In this document: in pieces, positions 28,618-39,114 of the stretch
How positions within the stretch are numbered: position 1 is the first letter of the stretch
How the letters are laid out: every line of letters begins with the position of its first letter
Virus record (IMG/VR): IMGVR_UViG_3300021400_000063
Length of the DNA: 64,000 nucleotides
DNA from: a virus
Taxonomy: Duplodnaviria; Caudoviricetes
Strand: one strand, 5' to 3'
Made by a program: the position numbers and the translations under genes
Notes under the pieces: model-generated
The model's input: only the letters and a program-made list of their open reading frames with translations
Databases searched by the model: none
Told to the model about the DNA's origin: nothing

Positions 28618-28696
28618 AAATATAGAGACGTTCTTATGAACGTCTCTTTTATTTAATATATTTATTTAGATATTTAAATATATGAGGTAGTTTTAT

Positions 28697-29416
28697 ATGT
28701 TAATTAGTTTAATAATTAATTTTTATGATAAAGATCATCAACATATACCGAAAATGTTAAATCAAATAAATAATATTTCTTTTAATAAAGAAGTTATATT
28801 TGTTGATGATAGAAATGATAAAACTGAAGATATTAGAAAACTTTATAATATTCCTAATGAATATAAAATAATACCTAGTTTTTCTACTGGTGAAAATATA
28901 GGTACATTTGAAGCTAGAAGAAGTGGGGTTTTAAATGCTATTGGAGATTATATTTGGTTTATAGATATAGATGATGAAATATATGATTTTAATCCTATAA
29001 TGGATGGATCAGATGTAATCTGTTATAATTTCAAAATGAATAATAAACCAAATAAACGTTTTTATAAAACTAGATATTTTACTTGTAAATCATATGAAAA
29101 TTATAAATATGTATATAGATTTCTTCTATACGGTTCATTATGGAGAAATTTGTATTTACGAAAAACTTTATTGAAAGTCTATAAACAAATTCCAACTCAT
29201 AAACATTTATTCTTTTATGAAGATATGTTTTTAAATGGATATGTTTTAAATAATTTAAAACGTATCACTTGTAATACTCAAATTATTTATAATTATAATA
29301 TGACTTATAATTATTATTGGAAAGAAAATGAAGATAAAGTCAATTATATGATAGAACATTCTACTGGAATAGCTAAAAAAATTCTTATAGAATGTAAAAA
29401 TAATTCATTTAGATAA
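28697..29416 (+). CDS. GT2 family glycosyltransferase
   Basis: ISLIINFY, EVIFVDDR, GTFEARRSG..A.GDYIWFIDIDD, LWRNLY, FYED. Confidence 0.9.
   Translation: MLISLIINFYDKDHQHIPKMLNQINNISFNKEVIFVDDRNDKTEDIRKLYNIPNEYKIIPSFSTGENIGTFEARRSGVLNAIGDYIWFIDIDDEIYDFNPIMDGSDVICYNFKMNNKPNKRFYKTRYFTCKSYENYKYVYRFLLYGSLWRNLYLRKTLLKVYKQIPTHKHLFFYEDMFLNGYVLNNLKRITCNTQIIYNYNMTYNYYWKENEDKVNYMIEHSTGIAKKILIECKNNSFR
28781..28975 (+). repeat. Near-identical GT2 N-terminal DNA patch, copy A
   Basis: 28781-28919 matches 32189-32327 (3 mismatches seen); 28781-28836 and 28900-28975 match the reverse complement of 49955-50010 and 49828-49903. Confidence 0.9.
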
Positions 29417-29433
29417 AACGAGGTTTATACATT

Positions 29434-30399
29434 ATGGATTTAACATTATCTATTTTAATTTATGATAACGATCAATATGTGAATTATGTAAATAGATTAT
29501 TGAACTCGATTGATAAAAATTTAAAAAATTATAAAACACTTTTATTAATCGATGATCGAAGAAATCAAGATATTTCATTAGATAAAATTTTTGATTTACA
29601 TAAGTTTAATTATGAAATTATCGAACATGGTGAAAATAAAGGAATTCTACAAGGTTATTTATCATCTATGAAATATTCTAAAACTGATTGGTTATGGATA
29701 TTAGATATGGATGATGAAGTAGCAAGTTTTGATTTTAATACAATACATTTAAAAAACGATGCTGATATAATTTATTTTACAAACTCATATGATACTACAC
29801 GAAAATATTACGAAAATAAACCTAATCAAGAAATAGTTAACTATGATAAGTTTTTTATAGTTTATGGAAAAAAGATAACTAAATTTGAACATATTTTTAA
29901 AGAAACTGAATATGATAGTATAGAATTAATTGTAAACAAACTATCAGATCGATATTATTTATATTATCATTATGAATGGTTTTTAATTCCTGTTTGGGAA
30001 AAAATATTGAATGCCAATTATTGTAAAAAACATATTCTTAAAAAAGATTTTTCTAAATTTGGTAAACTTAATATGTCTGCCGATATGTTAATGGATATAA
30101 TCATATATGATAATTTAAAATCTATTTTAGTAATAAATAAATGTTTACCATATATACATTATCATTATAATTCTGAAAAATATTTTACAGAAATTTATAG
30201 AAATGGGATATATGTACCCAATACCAATGTTCCTGAAGAAACTAAAGAAAGTTGGGGTACAGTAAATAAGTATCTAGATGATATTTTAAACAATAGTCAT
30301 TTCAAAATACTATGGAAGCGCCGTTTAGTTGAAGCTTATACAAATTGTAATATAGATTTTGCTAAATATGGTATAAATTTAAAGGAGGATATAAATTAA
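29434..30399 (+). CDS. GT2 family glycosyltransferase
   Basis: LTLSILIY, LLLIDDR, HGENKG, DWLWILDMDD, PVWEKI. Confidence 0.85.
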   Translation: MDLTLSILIYDNDQYVNYVNRLLNSIDKNLKNYKTLLLIDDRRNQDISLDKIFDLHKFNYEIIEHGENKGILQGYLSSMKYSKTDWLWILDMDDEVASFDFNTIHLKNDADIIYFTNSYDTTRKYYENKPNQEIVNYDKFFIVYGKKITKFEHIFKETEYDSIELIVNKLSDRYYLYYHYEWFLIPVWEKILNANYCKKHILKKDFSKFGKLNMSADMLMDIIIYDNLKSILVINKCLPYIHYHYNSEKYFTEIYRNGIYVPNTNVPEETKESWGTVNKYLDDILNNSHFKILWKRRLVEAYTNCNIDFAKYGINLKEDIN

Positions 30400-30401
30400 T
30401 T

Positions 30402-31250
30402 ATGTTATTAACATTTGTTGAAAATAAAAACAATACATGGTATAAAAAGATAGAAATTGAGTTTGATGATAATTCTGGTATTGAAGAATTTAGATTTGAT
30501 GATATTATAAAAGATGATAAAATTGAAAATTTACAATATTATTATGATCTATCATCTACATCAGATATCAATAAAATTATAAAACTATATGGTTTCGATT
30601 TCGATAAATATGATTCTGCTACTAAAAAAATTTATTTAAAACAAAATCCAAATTTCAATGATGAAAATTTATTAAAGGAATATGATTATTTCATAATGAA
30701 ATATTTTAAATATAAATTACCTGAAGATAAATCTATAATAGTAATTGATACTATTTTCAATATCGAAGATTTAGATATGGATAAATTTGAAACTATTAAG
30801 GAAATGTCTAAGGATTATGATTCTATAAAAATAACAGAATACCCAAATGATGAAAAAATTAATTTTAATCCATATATGAGTAATAATCATGATAACAAAT
30901 ACATTTTTGATCTTTCTATTTTAAATGAAGTTTTATTAATCGATGAAAGTAAAAACAAACTATATGTTTTGAAATGTCCTATTGGTTTGGAATATAAATT
31001 AATTGGTATAGAAAATTATAATAATGTTATTTTCTTAAAATATGGTGATTTAATCGATTATAAAAAAGATAATATTGAATTAGATATAACTAAAATAGAA
31101 GATTCTAACATTTCTCCTACAAACGGATATATTTTTTCAAATATATTTATTAAAGTAAAATCTATTGATGAAGACATTTTAAATAAATATAATAAACAAA
31201 TGAAAACATTATTTGAAATGGATATAATTTGTGGAGTTTATGATTTATGA
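30402..31250 (+). CDS. Hypothetical protein within the glycosyltransferase operon
   Basis: 282 aa, abuts both neighbours (ATGA overlap with the next gene); no clear GT motifs. Confidence 0.65.
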   Translation: MLLTFVENKNNTWYKKIEIEFDDNSGIEEFRFDDIIKDDKIENLQYYYDLSSTSDINKIIKLYGFDFDKYDSATKKIYLKQNPNFNDENLLKEYDYFIMKYFKYKLPEDKSIIVIDTIFNIEDLDMDKFETIKEMSKDYDSIKITEYPNDEKINFNPYMSNNHDNKYIFDLSILNEVLLIDESKNKLYVLKCPIGLEYKLIGIENYNNVIFLKYGDLIDYKKDNIELDITKIEDSNISPTNGYIFSNIFIKVKSIDEDILNKYNKQMKTLFEMDIICGVYDL

Positions 31251-32098
31251 ATTTAACTATCGCATTAGGAATTTATGAATGTGATGATTGGATATTTCAT
31301 CTGAATAGAATTTTAGATGAAATATCTAAAAATTTACTAAACTATAATGAATTATTATTAATTGATGATAGACATGATCAAACTATCGAATTAGATAAGT
31401 TTATAAAAAATAAAGATATTAAATATAATTTAATTAAACATGGAAAAAATTTGAAAAATTTATCTGTTCAATTAACAGCTATCAATAATTGTAAATCTGA
31501 TTATATTTGGATCATAGATATGGATGATACGATATTACAGTACGATTTCAATAAAATAAATACTTTGTCTAATCCAGATTTAATCTATTTCGATTCGATA
31601 ATATTCCATAATATAAAAAATTCATTATTCAATATTGTAAATTTTTTACCAGGTTACCAATATTATTTATTTAAATTACAAAATATTGATGATAGGTGTG
31701 TTTTCCAATTACATTTTGATAATATTGTAAAAGCATTATGGTTTAAAATTATTAATATTAATTTTATAAAAAAATGTATATCTGAAATAGATTTAAATAA
31801 ATTTAAAATGTTACGTTATTCAAATGATGTATTATTAAATTTATTTATTTTTAAAAACGTTTCAAAAATATTATTAATAAATGATTTAATTCCATATGTT
31901 TATGATGAAAAATCAATATTCAATTATTATCATATGGATGTAAATGGTAATCCAAATAAAAATATAAAAAAAGAAGTTATAGAATCTTGGAAATGGATTT
32001 ATGATAATACTGATTCATTTGAAATTAAACGACGATGGTTTGATAATTTAAAATATGTTTATAGGGAATGTTTAGATTTTGATAAACTAAACATCTAA
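31247..32098 (+). CDS. GT2 family glycosyltransferase
   Basis: LTIALGIY, LLLIDDR, HGKNLK, DYIWIIDMDD, ALWFKI; paralogue of 29434-30399. Confidence 0.85.
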   Translation: MNLTIALGIYECDDWIFHLNRILDEISKNLLNYNELLLIDDRHDQTIELDKFIKNKDIKYNLIKHGKNLKNLSVQLTAINNCKSDYIWIIDMDDTILQYDFNKINTLSNPDLIYFDSIIFHNIKNSLFNIVNFLPGYQYYLFKLQNIDDRCVFQLHFDNIVKALWFKIININFIKKCISEIDLNKFKMLRYSNDVLLNLFIFKNVSKILLINDLIPYVYDEKSIFNYYHMDVNGNPNKNIKKEVIESWKWIYDNTDSFEIKRRWFDNLKYVYRECLDFDKLNI

Positions 32099-32107
32099 GG
32101 ATATAAA

Positions 32108-33043
32108 ATGATATCAATTATTATACCTTTTTACGATAAAGATCAACATCATATGACAAATATGTTAAACTATTTATCTAAATTAACATTTAATAAAGAA
32201 GTTATATTTGTTGACGATAGAAATGATAAAACTGAAGATATTAGAAAACTTTATAATATTCCTAATGAATATAAAATAATACCTAGTTTTCCTACTGGTG
32301 AAAATGTAGGTACATTTGAAGCTAGAAAAAGCGGTATTATGAATGCTTCTGGAGAATACACTTGGTGTGTTGATATCGATGATGAACCTCTAAATTTTGA
32401 TACTTCTATAGTTTCTTCAAAAAAAGATATTTATTTTTTTAATAATTTAGTTTATTATGTAACAACTAATGAAACCTATAAATCTTTAAATAGACCCTAT
32501 AGAGTAACAAATTTCATAGAAAAATATTATTATGATATAATGAAAATGGATGGTAACGTTGTTAACTTAAATATATCAAATTTTTCAAATCCAATGTTGG
32601 TTGGTTATATTATAAGATATATTTGTTTACCATTAACATTTTGTATTTGGGATAAATTATTAAAAACATCTACATTACAAGAAACATTAAGTGAAATCGA
32701 ACCTATTAAAAATTTCAAATATGGTGAAGATTCATTTTTAAGTAGATTGTATTTAAAATATTTAATAGATAATATGAAATGTGCTAGTATTCAATTCATT
32801 TCATCACCTAACTATAAATATTACGAATATACTCCTGACAAATATGTTTTTGCAAAACGTTATGAACATTTTTCACCAGATACAATTAATTATACACTAT
32901 CAATTAATTATAAATACTTTAAGGGAACTTGGTTGGAAGTTTTTTCTTTATTAGAAGATGCTTATGAAGAATTTGAAACTAAAACCGGTGAAGCAACTAA
33001 TAATATACATTCTAATTGGGTTTACTCAATAGTTGAAAAATAA
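32108..33043 (+). CDS. GT2 family glycosyltransferase
   Basis: ISIIIPFY, EVIFVDDR, GTFEARKSG..A.GEYTWCVDIDD, IWDKL, YGED. Confidence 0.9.
   Translation: MISIIIPFYDKDQHHMTNMLNYLSKLTFNKEVIFVDDRNDKTEDIRKLYNIPNEYKIIPSFPTGENVGTFEARKSGIMNASGEYTWCVDIDDEPLNFDTSIVSSKKDIYFFNNLVYYVTTNETYKSLNRPYRVTNFIEKYYYDIMKMDGNVVNLNISNFSNPMLVGYIIRYICLPLTFCIWDKLLKTSTLQETLSEIEPIKNFKYGEDSFLSRLYLKYLIDNMKCASIQFISSPNYKYYEYTPDKYVFAKRYEHFSPDTINYTLSINYKYFKGTWLEVFSLLEDAYEEFETKTGEATNNIHSNWVYSIVEK
32189..32327 (+). repeat. Near-identical GT2 N-terminal DNA patch, copy B (direct repeat)
   Basis: 139 nt, 3 mismatches versus 28781-28919. Confidence 0.9.
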
Positions 33044-33069
33044 AATGTGGGTTAAAATAACCCACATTT
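33043..33069 (+). terminator. Terminator of the GT operon
   Basis: AAATGTGGGTTA/TAACCCACATTT. Confidence 0.75.
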
Positions 33070-33130
33070 ATATATTTATATAATGGAAAATACAAATATT
33101 ATATAACTTAAAAGCGAGGATTTAATATTT

Positions 33131-34219
33131 ATGGAACCATATCAGTATGTACTAGAGGAATTATTAAAAGTTCCTGGAAGTCTTCCAGCAGGACAAGATG
33201 AGATTCGAATGTTATGTCCAGTATGTGGACATCCTAAACCAAAACTTTATGTAGGTCTTTATAAAGCATTATTACCGAAGAAAGTATTGACTTATGATTG
33301 TAAACATTGTCAATTTCAAGGTGGAGTAGGTCCAAAATTCTTAAAAATGTTTAATGTTGAACCTAATCAAGAATATCTTGAAGGCATGAAGAAACAATCT
33401 AGATCTTCTACTAAAATAATAAATCCTGTAACAAAAATGGAAAAGATGGATTTAAAAATTCCTGATAGAATATTACCACAGGATGAATTTAAAGTAAAAT
33501 ATCTAGAAGGAAGATTTGGTAGAAAGATAACTATTAAAGATTTAAAAACTTATAAAATAGTTTTAAATTTTAAAGATTTCTTTAAATTCAATAATGTAGA
33601 TCCTACAGTTTATATTGATAAATCTGATGAAAGAAAGTATCAATATCAGTTATTCTTATTCAATGAATATACTAAACATTTTGTAGGAATGCTTAGTGTA
33701 GATAATAATAAATTGAATCTAAGAAATATAAATTCTCAAGCTTTGGCAAGTAAAAGATATATGGTTCATACGATAAATAAATCAATAACGAATCCTTATA
33801 TGTATATGCCAGATATTCCAATTGATATCATGAGTGTACATCCTACAATCAATATGGCTGAAGGAAATTATGATATCATTGGTGCTAAAGAAACATATTT
33901 CTTAAATGAAGATTATTCGGATGTATTTGTAGCTGTTGGTACACGTAAAGCTTACAAACGTGTATTAAATCAAATTATGAAAATGACTGGATTCATTAAT
34001 GCAAAAATAAATATTTTTGCAGATAATGATGGAGATATTAATGGAATGAATAATGTAGATTTCTATAAAGATCTTTTTAAAGAATTTAGACCATTGTACG
34101 AAGACATTACATTAAATTATAATGTTGCTGAATATACAGATGAAAATGGTAGAGTAATTCCTTGTAAAGATTTTGGAAATCTTTCTCATCCAATAAAACT
34201 AGAAAAGGTGGAGATATAG
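33131..34219 (+). CDS. DNA primase (zinc finger + TOPRIM)
   Basis: CPVCGH...CKHC zinc-binding domain, AEGNYD, IFADND, KDFG. Confidence 0.88.
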   Translation: MEPYQYVLEELLKVPGSLPAGQDEIRMLCPVCGHPKPKLYVGLYKALLPKKVLTYDCKHCQFQGGVGPKFLKMFNVEPNQEYLEGMKKQSRSSTKIINPVTKMEKMDLKIPDRILPQDEFKVKYLEGRFGRKITIKDLKTYKIVLNFKDFFKFNNVDPTVYIDKSDERKYQYQLFLFNEYTKHFVGMLSVDNNKLNLRNINSQALASKRYMVHTINKSITNPYMYMPDIPIDIMSVHPTINMAEGNYDIIGAKETYFLNEDYSDVFVAVGTRKAYKRVLNQIMKMTGFINAKINIFADNDGDINGMNNVDFYKDLFKEFRPLYEDITLNYNVAEYTDENGRVIPCKDFGNLSHPIKLEKVEI

Positions 34220-34229
34220 GAGATATAAT

Positions 34230-34448
34230 ATGAAAGATACTCATTTAGTTAAAACAACATGTGACATGTGTGGTCAAAAGATTGATTGTTGTGAAAATTC
34301 ATTTGAATTAAGATTTGAAGAACCTGATCCTACTTATGGTCGTAGCAGATATTCGTCGTACGATTTCTGTTCACCTGAATGTTTATCAATTTATGCTCTT
34401 AGACATTTTGGTAAGGATGATTTTGGGCATATAGAATTTAAGAGGTAA
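34230..34448 (+). CDS. Small zinc-finger protein (TRASH/MYM-like)
   Basis: CDMC...FCSPEC. Confidence 0.7.
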   Translation: MKDTHLVKTTCDMCGQKIDCCENSFELRFEEPDPTYGRSRYSSYDFCSPECLSIYALRHFGKDDFGHIEFKR

Positions 34449-34451
34449 TTT

Positions 34452-34859
34452 ATGTTCGATGTTAATGCTGAAAAAATACATTGCAGTCATTGTAATAAAG
34501 AAATAGGTAGAGATGATAAATTTATATTCACTCATTATCTTTCCTTTAATCCTTATATAAATCATATTTCTGGATCAAAAGGTTTCTGTTGTATAGAATG
34601 TGCTAAACTTAACGATTCGTCATTAGAAACATTTATTAATGATATGGCTGTTAAACATTACAAATCTCATATGTATAGTCCAAATTCAATTTTACACATC
34701 GATGATATTGATGAAGAAACTGAACGACCTAGGATAGCAGCATTAAGCCAAGCGCTTAATTCAATTGTTGATAAATATAATGCTCATGGAGTATTTATTG
34801 AAATAAATACAACATTAAATGAACTTAAAGAACGACAGGAAGAACAAATGAAAGATTAA
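34452..34859 (+). CDS. Zinc-finger protein (TRASH/MYM-like)
   Basis: CSHC...FCCIEC. Confidence 0.7.
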   Translation: MFDVNAEKIHCSHCNKEIGRDDKFIFTHYLSFNPYINHISGSKGFCCIECAKLNDSSLETFINDMAVKHYKSHMYSPNSILHIDDIDEETERPRIAALSQALNSIVDKYNAHGVFIEINTTLNELKERQEEQMKD

Positions 34860-34863
34860 TATA

Positions 34864-34890
34864 AAATGGTGGGATTATATCCCACCATTT
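34864..34890. terminator. Bidirectional terminator
   Basis: AAATGGTGGGAT/ATCCCACCATTT. Confidence 0.8.
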
Positions 34891-34892
34891 AT

Positions 34893-35333
34893 TTATAATA
34901 TTTTTTTCTTTTCAATATATTCTTCATCAGATAAACAATGTGTGATTACACTCATATCTGGAAGTAAAACATAATCAAGATCATGAAATTCTGAAGAATC
35001 TTCACACCCATTCACATACAAAATAAGATACCATAGATTTGGAGTATTATATCTATCAGTTGATAAAGCTTCTGGTCTATAATTATATTTTTGATTCAAT
35101 TCTGGAGTTAATGTTAATTTAGTACATGATTCTTTTATTTTTTCATAACACTTAGTAAGTAAAATATTTTCTCTAAGATTCAATTTCATATCTGTTGTTT
35201 TGTAATATAATAACTCGTCATTTTTAAATTCATTAGAAATTGAAGCTTGCTCTATATCTGTACTATCTTTAAATTGATCAACGATAGTTCTAGAAAAACT
35301 TGTTTGATTTGAAAATACACTATTCGTAACCAT
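34893..35333 (-). CDS. Baseplate wedge protein (T4 gp53/LysM-like)
   Basis: YRPEALSTDRYNTPNLWYLILYVN motif. Confidence 0.7.
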   Translation of the reverse strand: MVTNSVFSNQTSFSRTIVDQFKDSTDIEQASISNEFKNDELLYYKTTDMKLNLRENILLTKCYEKIKESCTKLTLTPELNQKYNYRPEALSTDRYNTPNLWYLILYVNGCEDSSEFHDLDYVLLPDMSVITHCLSDEEYIEKKKIL

Positions 35334-35343
35334 TATAATTCTC

Positions 35344-36561
35344 CTAAGATCCCATTATTTTTGTAGTAGATCCACCACCAGCAAATGAAGCAACTGCTGA
35401 TGAACCCATACCAGCTCCAGAAGGATACATATCTGCTGCAGCAGCAAGCTGTGTTAAACAAACCATTAATTGAGGGAATTTAACAAGTGGAACTCCAGAA
35501 GGATCAGTTTGGAATACTGTAGAACCTTTAGGTCCAGATGTTCCATTAACAGATGGGACAGGTACATTAATATCTGGTATATTACCAATTGTGAAAGTTG
35601 GTAATGTGACAGATCCATTTAAACCGATAGTTGGGGTATCACAATGGAATGTTTTTTCTTTAAATGATGTTGATGTACCATCATGTTTTTCATTTTTAAC
35701 TTCATATGTACCTACATCAGAAGTTTGTTTAAAATTATCAAATTCATACTTTGTATCAGAAGATTTTTCTTTTATATTAGATGCATTTAATTCAAAATCT
35801 CCATCTTTTACATCGAAAGATATTTTTGTTTTAGCTATCCCTTCAATAGTATCAGCTTCCATTGTAATTTTATCAGCTTTTTGAGTAAATGTAGTTCCAG
35901 ATGTTTTTGTAACTATAGCATCATCTTGATAATTCATTTCCCAGCTACGATCACCACTATCATCATCAATAGTCATAACACCATTTTTAGAATCCATAGT
36001 AAGTCTAAACATACAAGTTTCATTATTTTTATTAGATGTAGCTATTTGTAAAACTTGAACATCTTTGGTAGAATCCATTTTAATAAAATATGTATTATCT
36101 TCACTTAATGCGGTATTTTCATGTTCATTTGCTGGTACTGCTAATAAAAATTTATCTGTTGCTCTTTGACCTAAACGGTTAATACTATATGGTAAAAAAG
36201 CTAAAGTTTTTATATCATTATCAATCATAGATATTAAAACTTTATCACCAACAGTATATTTAGCCATCGATTGGTTTTGATTCAATAAAGGATCTACAGT
36301 AATATAATTTTTAAGTATTATAGAGGAATCCCAATAAGAATTAGAATCTTCATTTATACATTTCTTTCCATTAACACTAATAGATTCTTCGGTCGCTTTA
36401 TCACCATTTTTAAACGTATATCCTAACATAAATTTAGGTATAATTACTCCTAATTGTGGAGCCCCTATTTCTTCATCAGTTTTAAAAACTATACCTATTG
36501 TATCAGAATATTCATCAGTTCCTAAAGATAAATCATTTGAAATGGGATCTAAAATTCTCAT
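35344..36561 (-). CDS. Probable baseplate central spike (gp5/VgrG/gpV-like)
   Basis: N-terminal OB-fold-like region (VIIPKFM...VGDKVLI) followed by short beta-strand repeats; adjacent to the gp53-like gene; late promoter at 36581-36592. Confidence 0.6.
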   Translation of the reverse strand: MRILDPISNDLSLGTDEYSDTIGIVFKTDEEIGAPQLGVIIPKFMLGYTFKNGDKATEESISVNGKKCINEDSNSYWDSSIILKNYITVDPLLNQNQSMAKYTVGDKVLISMIDNDIKTLAFLPYSINRLGQRATDKFLLAVPANEHENTALSEDNTYFIKMDSTKDVQVLQIATSNKNNETCMFRLTMDSKNGVMTIDDDSGDRSWEMNYQDDAIVTKTSGTTFTQKADKITMEADTIEGIAKTKISFDVKDGDFELNASNIKEKSSDTKYEFDNFKQTSDVGTYEVKNEKHDGTSTSFKEKTFHCDTPTIGLNGSVTLPTFTIGNIPDINVPVPSVNGTSGPKGSTVFQTDPSGVPLVKFPQLMVCLTQLAAAADMYPSGAGMGSSAVASFAGGGSTTKIMGS

Positions 36562-36669
36562 ATTTATACCTCTTTAGATATATTCAAATGTTATTTTTAC
36601 TAATTTATATCGTTGACATTTAAATATACGTAGTATTCTGAAATAATGCTTTATTAAGGAGAAAATATT

Positions 36670-39111
36670 ATGAGTATTCAAAATGATAGACTCAAGGGCG
36701 AATTTTATCGTGCACCAATGACTAAACTCGCCAGCAGATCAAATGTTATAACTCAAATAAATGAACTAATTGAATACTTCAACGGACTGTCGGATCTTGT
36801 AGATAATACATTCGATCGTATTACTGATGATAGGGAAAGAATGAAAAATATTCTTACTCAAATCAATAATAAAACTCGGCATTTTAAATATATTATAGAA
36901 AATTTTGAACCTGAAATTTCACAACACGTTGAAGAGAAATTAGCCAATTTAATGGGTACTCTTTCTACTAATTTAAATACAGTTGTAACAGAGTATAATA
37001 AAAACTTATTTAACCATAATGGACAAACAGATTCTGCCATAGCTGATGATATCCAAGATCTCAATTCTTTAGAAGAATGGGATAGAAGTATTAATCATAT
37101 TTCTAATAACATGGGTATTAGATGGTTTGGTGGAAAACTTTCAGATAAATTTTTCATCAATCAATTCAATAGTATTTTACATCTTGTTAAAGTAAATACA
37201 ACTGATAAACACAATGTAGAAGATGTTATAAATGGAAATATTATATTTGAAATTTTCATTTCGACTAAAAATGGAATGACTTGGTTAGTTCTTGGACAGG
37301 ATGGTAATTTTGGTTATAACTTAGTAACTAAATATCAGTCTAAAACAAATAATATCGATTTGAAATTGGTTTCTAAAAATTATTTTACTCCAAAAACATA
37401 TGATATTAATAAATTTGATTTGGATTGTATAATCGATACACTGTTAAAACAAGATGATATTTCTGGAAAAAATGTTTACATTAATGTTAAAACTAACATC
37501 CCTTCAAATTCTTATTCAGGTAGAGAAGGTTATTATATTAGTAAATCTAAATCATTTTCAGATGAAGTAGATAAACATTCGGTTAACAATGTAGCTAATA
37601 AATTAATGTATCACGATAATAAAGATATCACTTATGTTAAACAAGAAAATAATGATATCGAAGATGTAAAAGCTGCTAATATTGAAAACATCGATACCAA
37701 TTATATAATCAATCCAAAGAATAAAAAGAATTCAACAACAGTTTCTAATACAGATAAAATTACAAATTTTTATTCAGAGATTAAAAATCAAACAACTAGT
37801 AATTCTACATCATTTACAGTAGAAGACAAAAATGATTCTGGTGTAACAATGATTAATAATGCTGAAAAAGTTAGTGGTCGTGTAATAAATCCTGAGAATT
37901 ATGTAGCTGTAAATAAGAAATATTTAGAAAATATCGATTTACAATCTCGCAAATATGATAAAGATACAAGTATTCCTGTATATAATTCTGGTGAACAGAT
38001 AGAGGATCTTTTCGATTATCGTACTATTGGTAAAGTACAACCAATACTTCAGAACGAATCTATGTTTGAAGTTGATGGTGCTATTGGTGGTAGCACTAGT
38101 GTTATTAGTGGTGATATTGTATATGGTGAATCTAAAGATGATATAACATTATCGAATAAGTTATACAACAATAGTTCATTCGATGATATTTCTACAAATG
38201 AAAATTCATTCTCAGTATTAAATAAATACACCGATTCATCAATAGATAATACAATTAATGAAATAAAACAAACTTCTATTGGTGCATTAGCTGCTACAAA
38301 TATGGGAATTTATAATTTCTCAAAAAATGCCGGAATAATGGCAGGCTCTAATGATATAAATTTCAATTGTATTTTTGAAGCTTCAGATGGTACAATTTAT
38401 GCTGGAACAAAAAATAATAACGGTATTTATTATTGGAATGTTGATAAACAACTTTGGGAATTAACCAATATTAGACGCGGATCTATTTCAACTTTTGTCG
38501 AAGATACAATGGGTTATATTTTTGCTGTGGCTAATAATGGTGGAAATAGTAGTAATGAACCAGAATTCGATCCTTCTACTTCAATGTATAAAGTTGTAAA
38601 TTCTATTTATAGAGGTAAAACACCTACTTCATTCTATGCTTTTGAAGATATGTTGAATAAAGGTATCTATGATAAAGATAATAATCCTGTAACAAATGTA
38701 GAATCATTTAATAGAGATTGTTATTATTGGTCAGATAGATTAGTTGGCGCATGGTTTATTAAATCTAGTATTAAAAACAAAAAAGCATTTTTCAATTATA
38801 ATGAAGATAGATGGTATGTATATAATCCTGAAACAATGAAATTATTCGTTTCTGTAGACAATTATTTCTACAAATTTAAATTAAGTAATATTCATACCAA
38901 ATATTCATTCGTTTCTGATATCGTATATAACGATGATACAATGTACGTATCTGTTATGGATAACAACAATAAATCATACGTTATAGAATACAAAAATGGT
39001 GAGGAACGTAGAATAAAGTTAAATGATGAAACTATTAAAAATAATAGAAAAATCATTAAACATAATGTAATGTTGGCTACGTTTGAAGATCTTAATTTTG
39101 GAAAGGAGTAA
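36670..39111 (+). CDS. Large tail/baseplate-associated protein with beta-propeller-like repeats
   Basis: 813 aa; IKQTSIGAL, IFEASDGTIYAGT, FVEDTMGYIF blades; late promoter GACA-TTTAAA-TA at 36615-36626. Confidence 0.6.
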   Translation: MSIQNDRLKGEFYRAPMTKLASRSNVITQINELIEYFNGLSDLVDNTFDRITDDRERMKNILTQINNKTRHFKYIIENFEPEISQHVEEKLANLMGTLSTNLNTVVTEYNKNLFNHNGQTDSAIADDIQDLNSLEEWDRSINHISNNMGIRWFGGKLSDKFFINQFNSILHLVKVNTTDKHNVEDVINGNIIFEIFISTKNGMTWLVLGQDGNFGYNLVTKYQSKTNNIDLKLVSKNYFTPKTYDINKFDLDCIIDTLLKQDDISGKNVYINVKTNIPSNSYSGREGYYISKSKSFSDEVDKHSVNNVANKLMYHDNKDITYVKQENNDIEDVKAANIENIDTNYIINPKNKKNSTTVSNTDKITNFYSEIKNQTTSNSTSFTVEDKNDSGVTMINNAEKVSGRVINPENYVAVNKKYLENIDLQSRKYDKDTSIPVYNSGEQIEDLFDYRTIGKVQPILQNESMFEVDGAIGGSTSVISGDIVYGESKDDITLSNKLYNNSSFDDISTNENSFSVLNKYTDSSIDNTINEIKQTSIGALAATNMGIYNFSKNAGIMAGSNDINFNCIFEASDGTIYAGTKNNNGIYYWNVDKQLWELTNIRRGSISTFVEDTMGYIFAVANNGGNSSNEPEFDPSTSMYKVVNSIYRGKTPTSFYAFEDMLNKGIYDKDNNPVTNVESFNRDCYYWSDRLVGAWFIKSSIKNKKAFFNYNEDRWYVYNPETMKLFVSVDNYFYKFKLSNIHTKYSFVSDIVYNDDTMYVSVMDNNNKSYVIEYKNGEERRIKLNDETIKNNRKIIKHNVMLATFEDLNFGKE

Positions 39112-39114
39112 TAA

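Noticed and set aside
22878-33083. A third (middle) promoter class ATATATTTAT before sbcC, the GT operon and primase
   Set aside because: Pure A/T motif likely to arise by chance in this background and overlapping the early motif; cannot be supported without an enrichment test
36613-36640. Sigma70-like TTGACA boxes here and at 56085-56090(-)
   Set aside because: No -10 element at 16-18 nt spacing; better explained as the ACA-N6-TA phage motif
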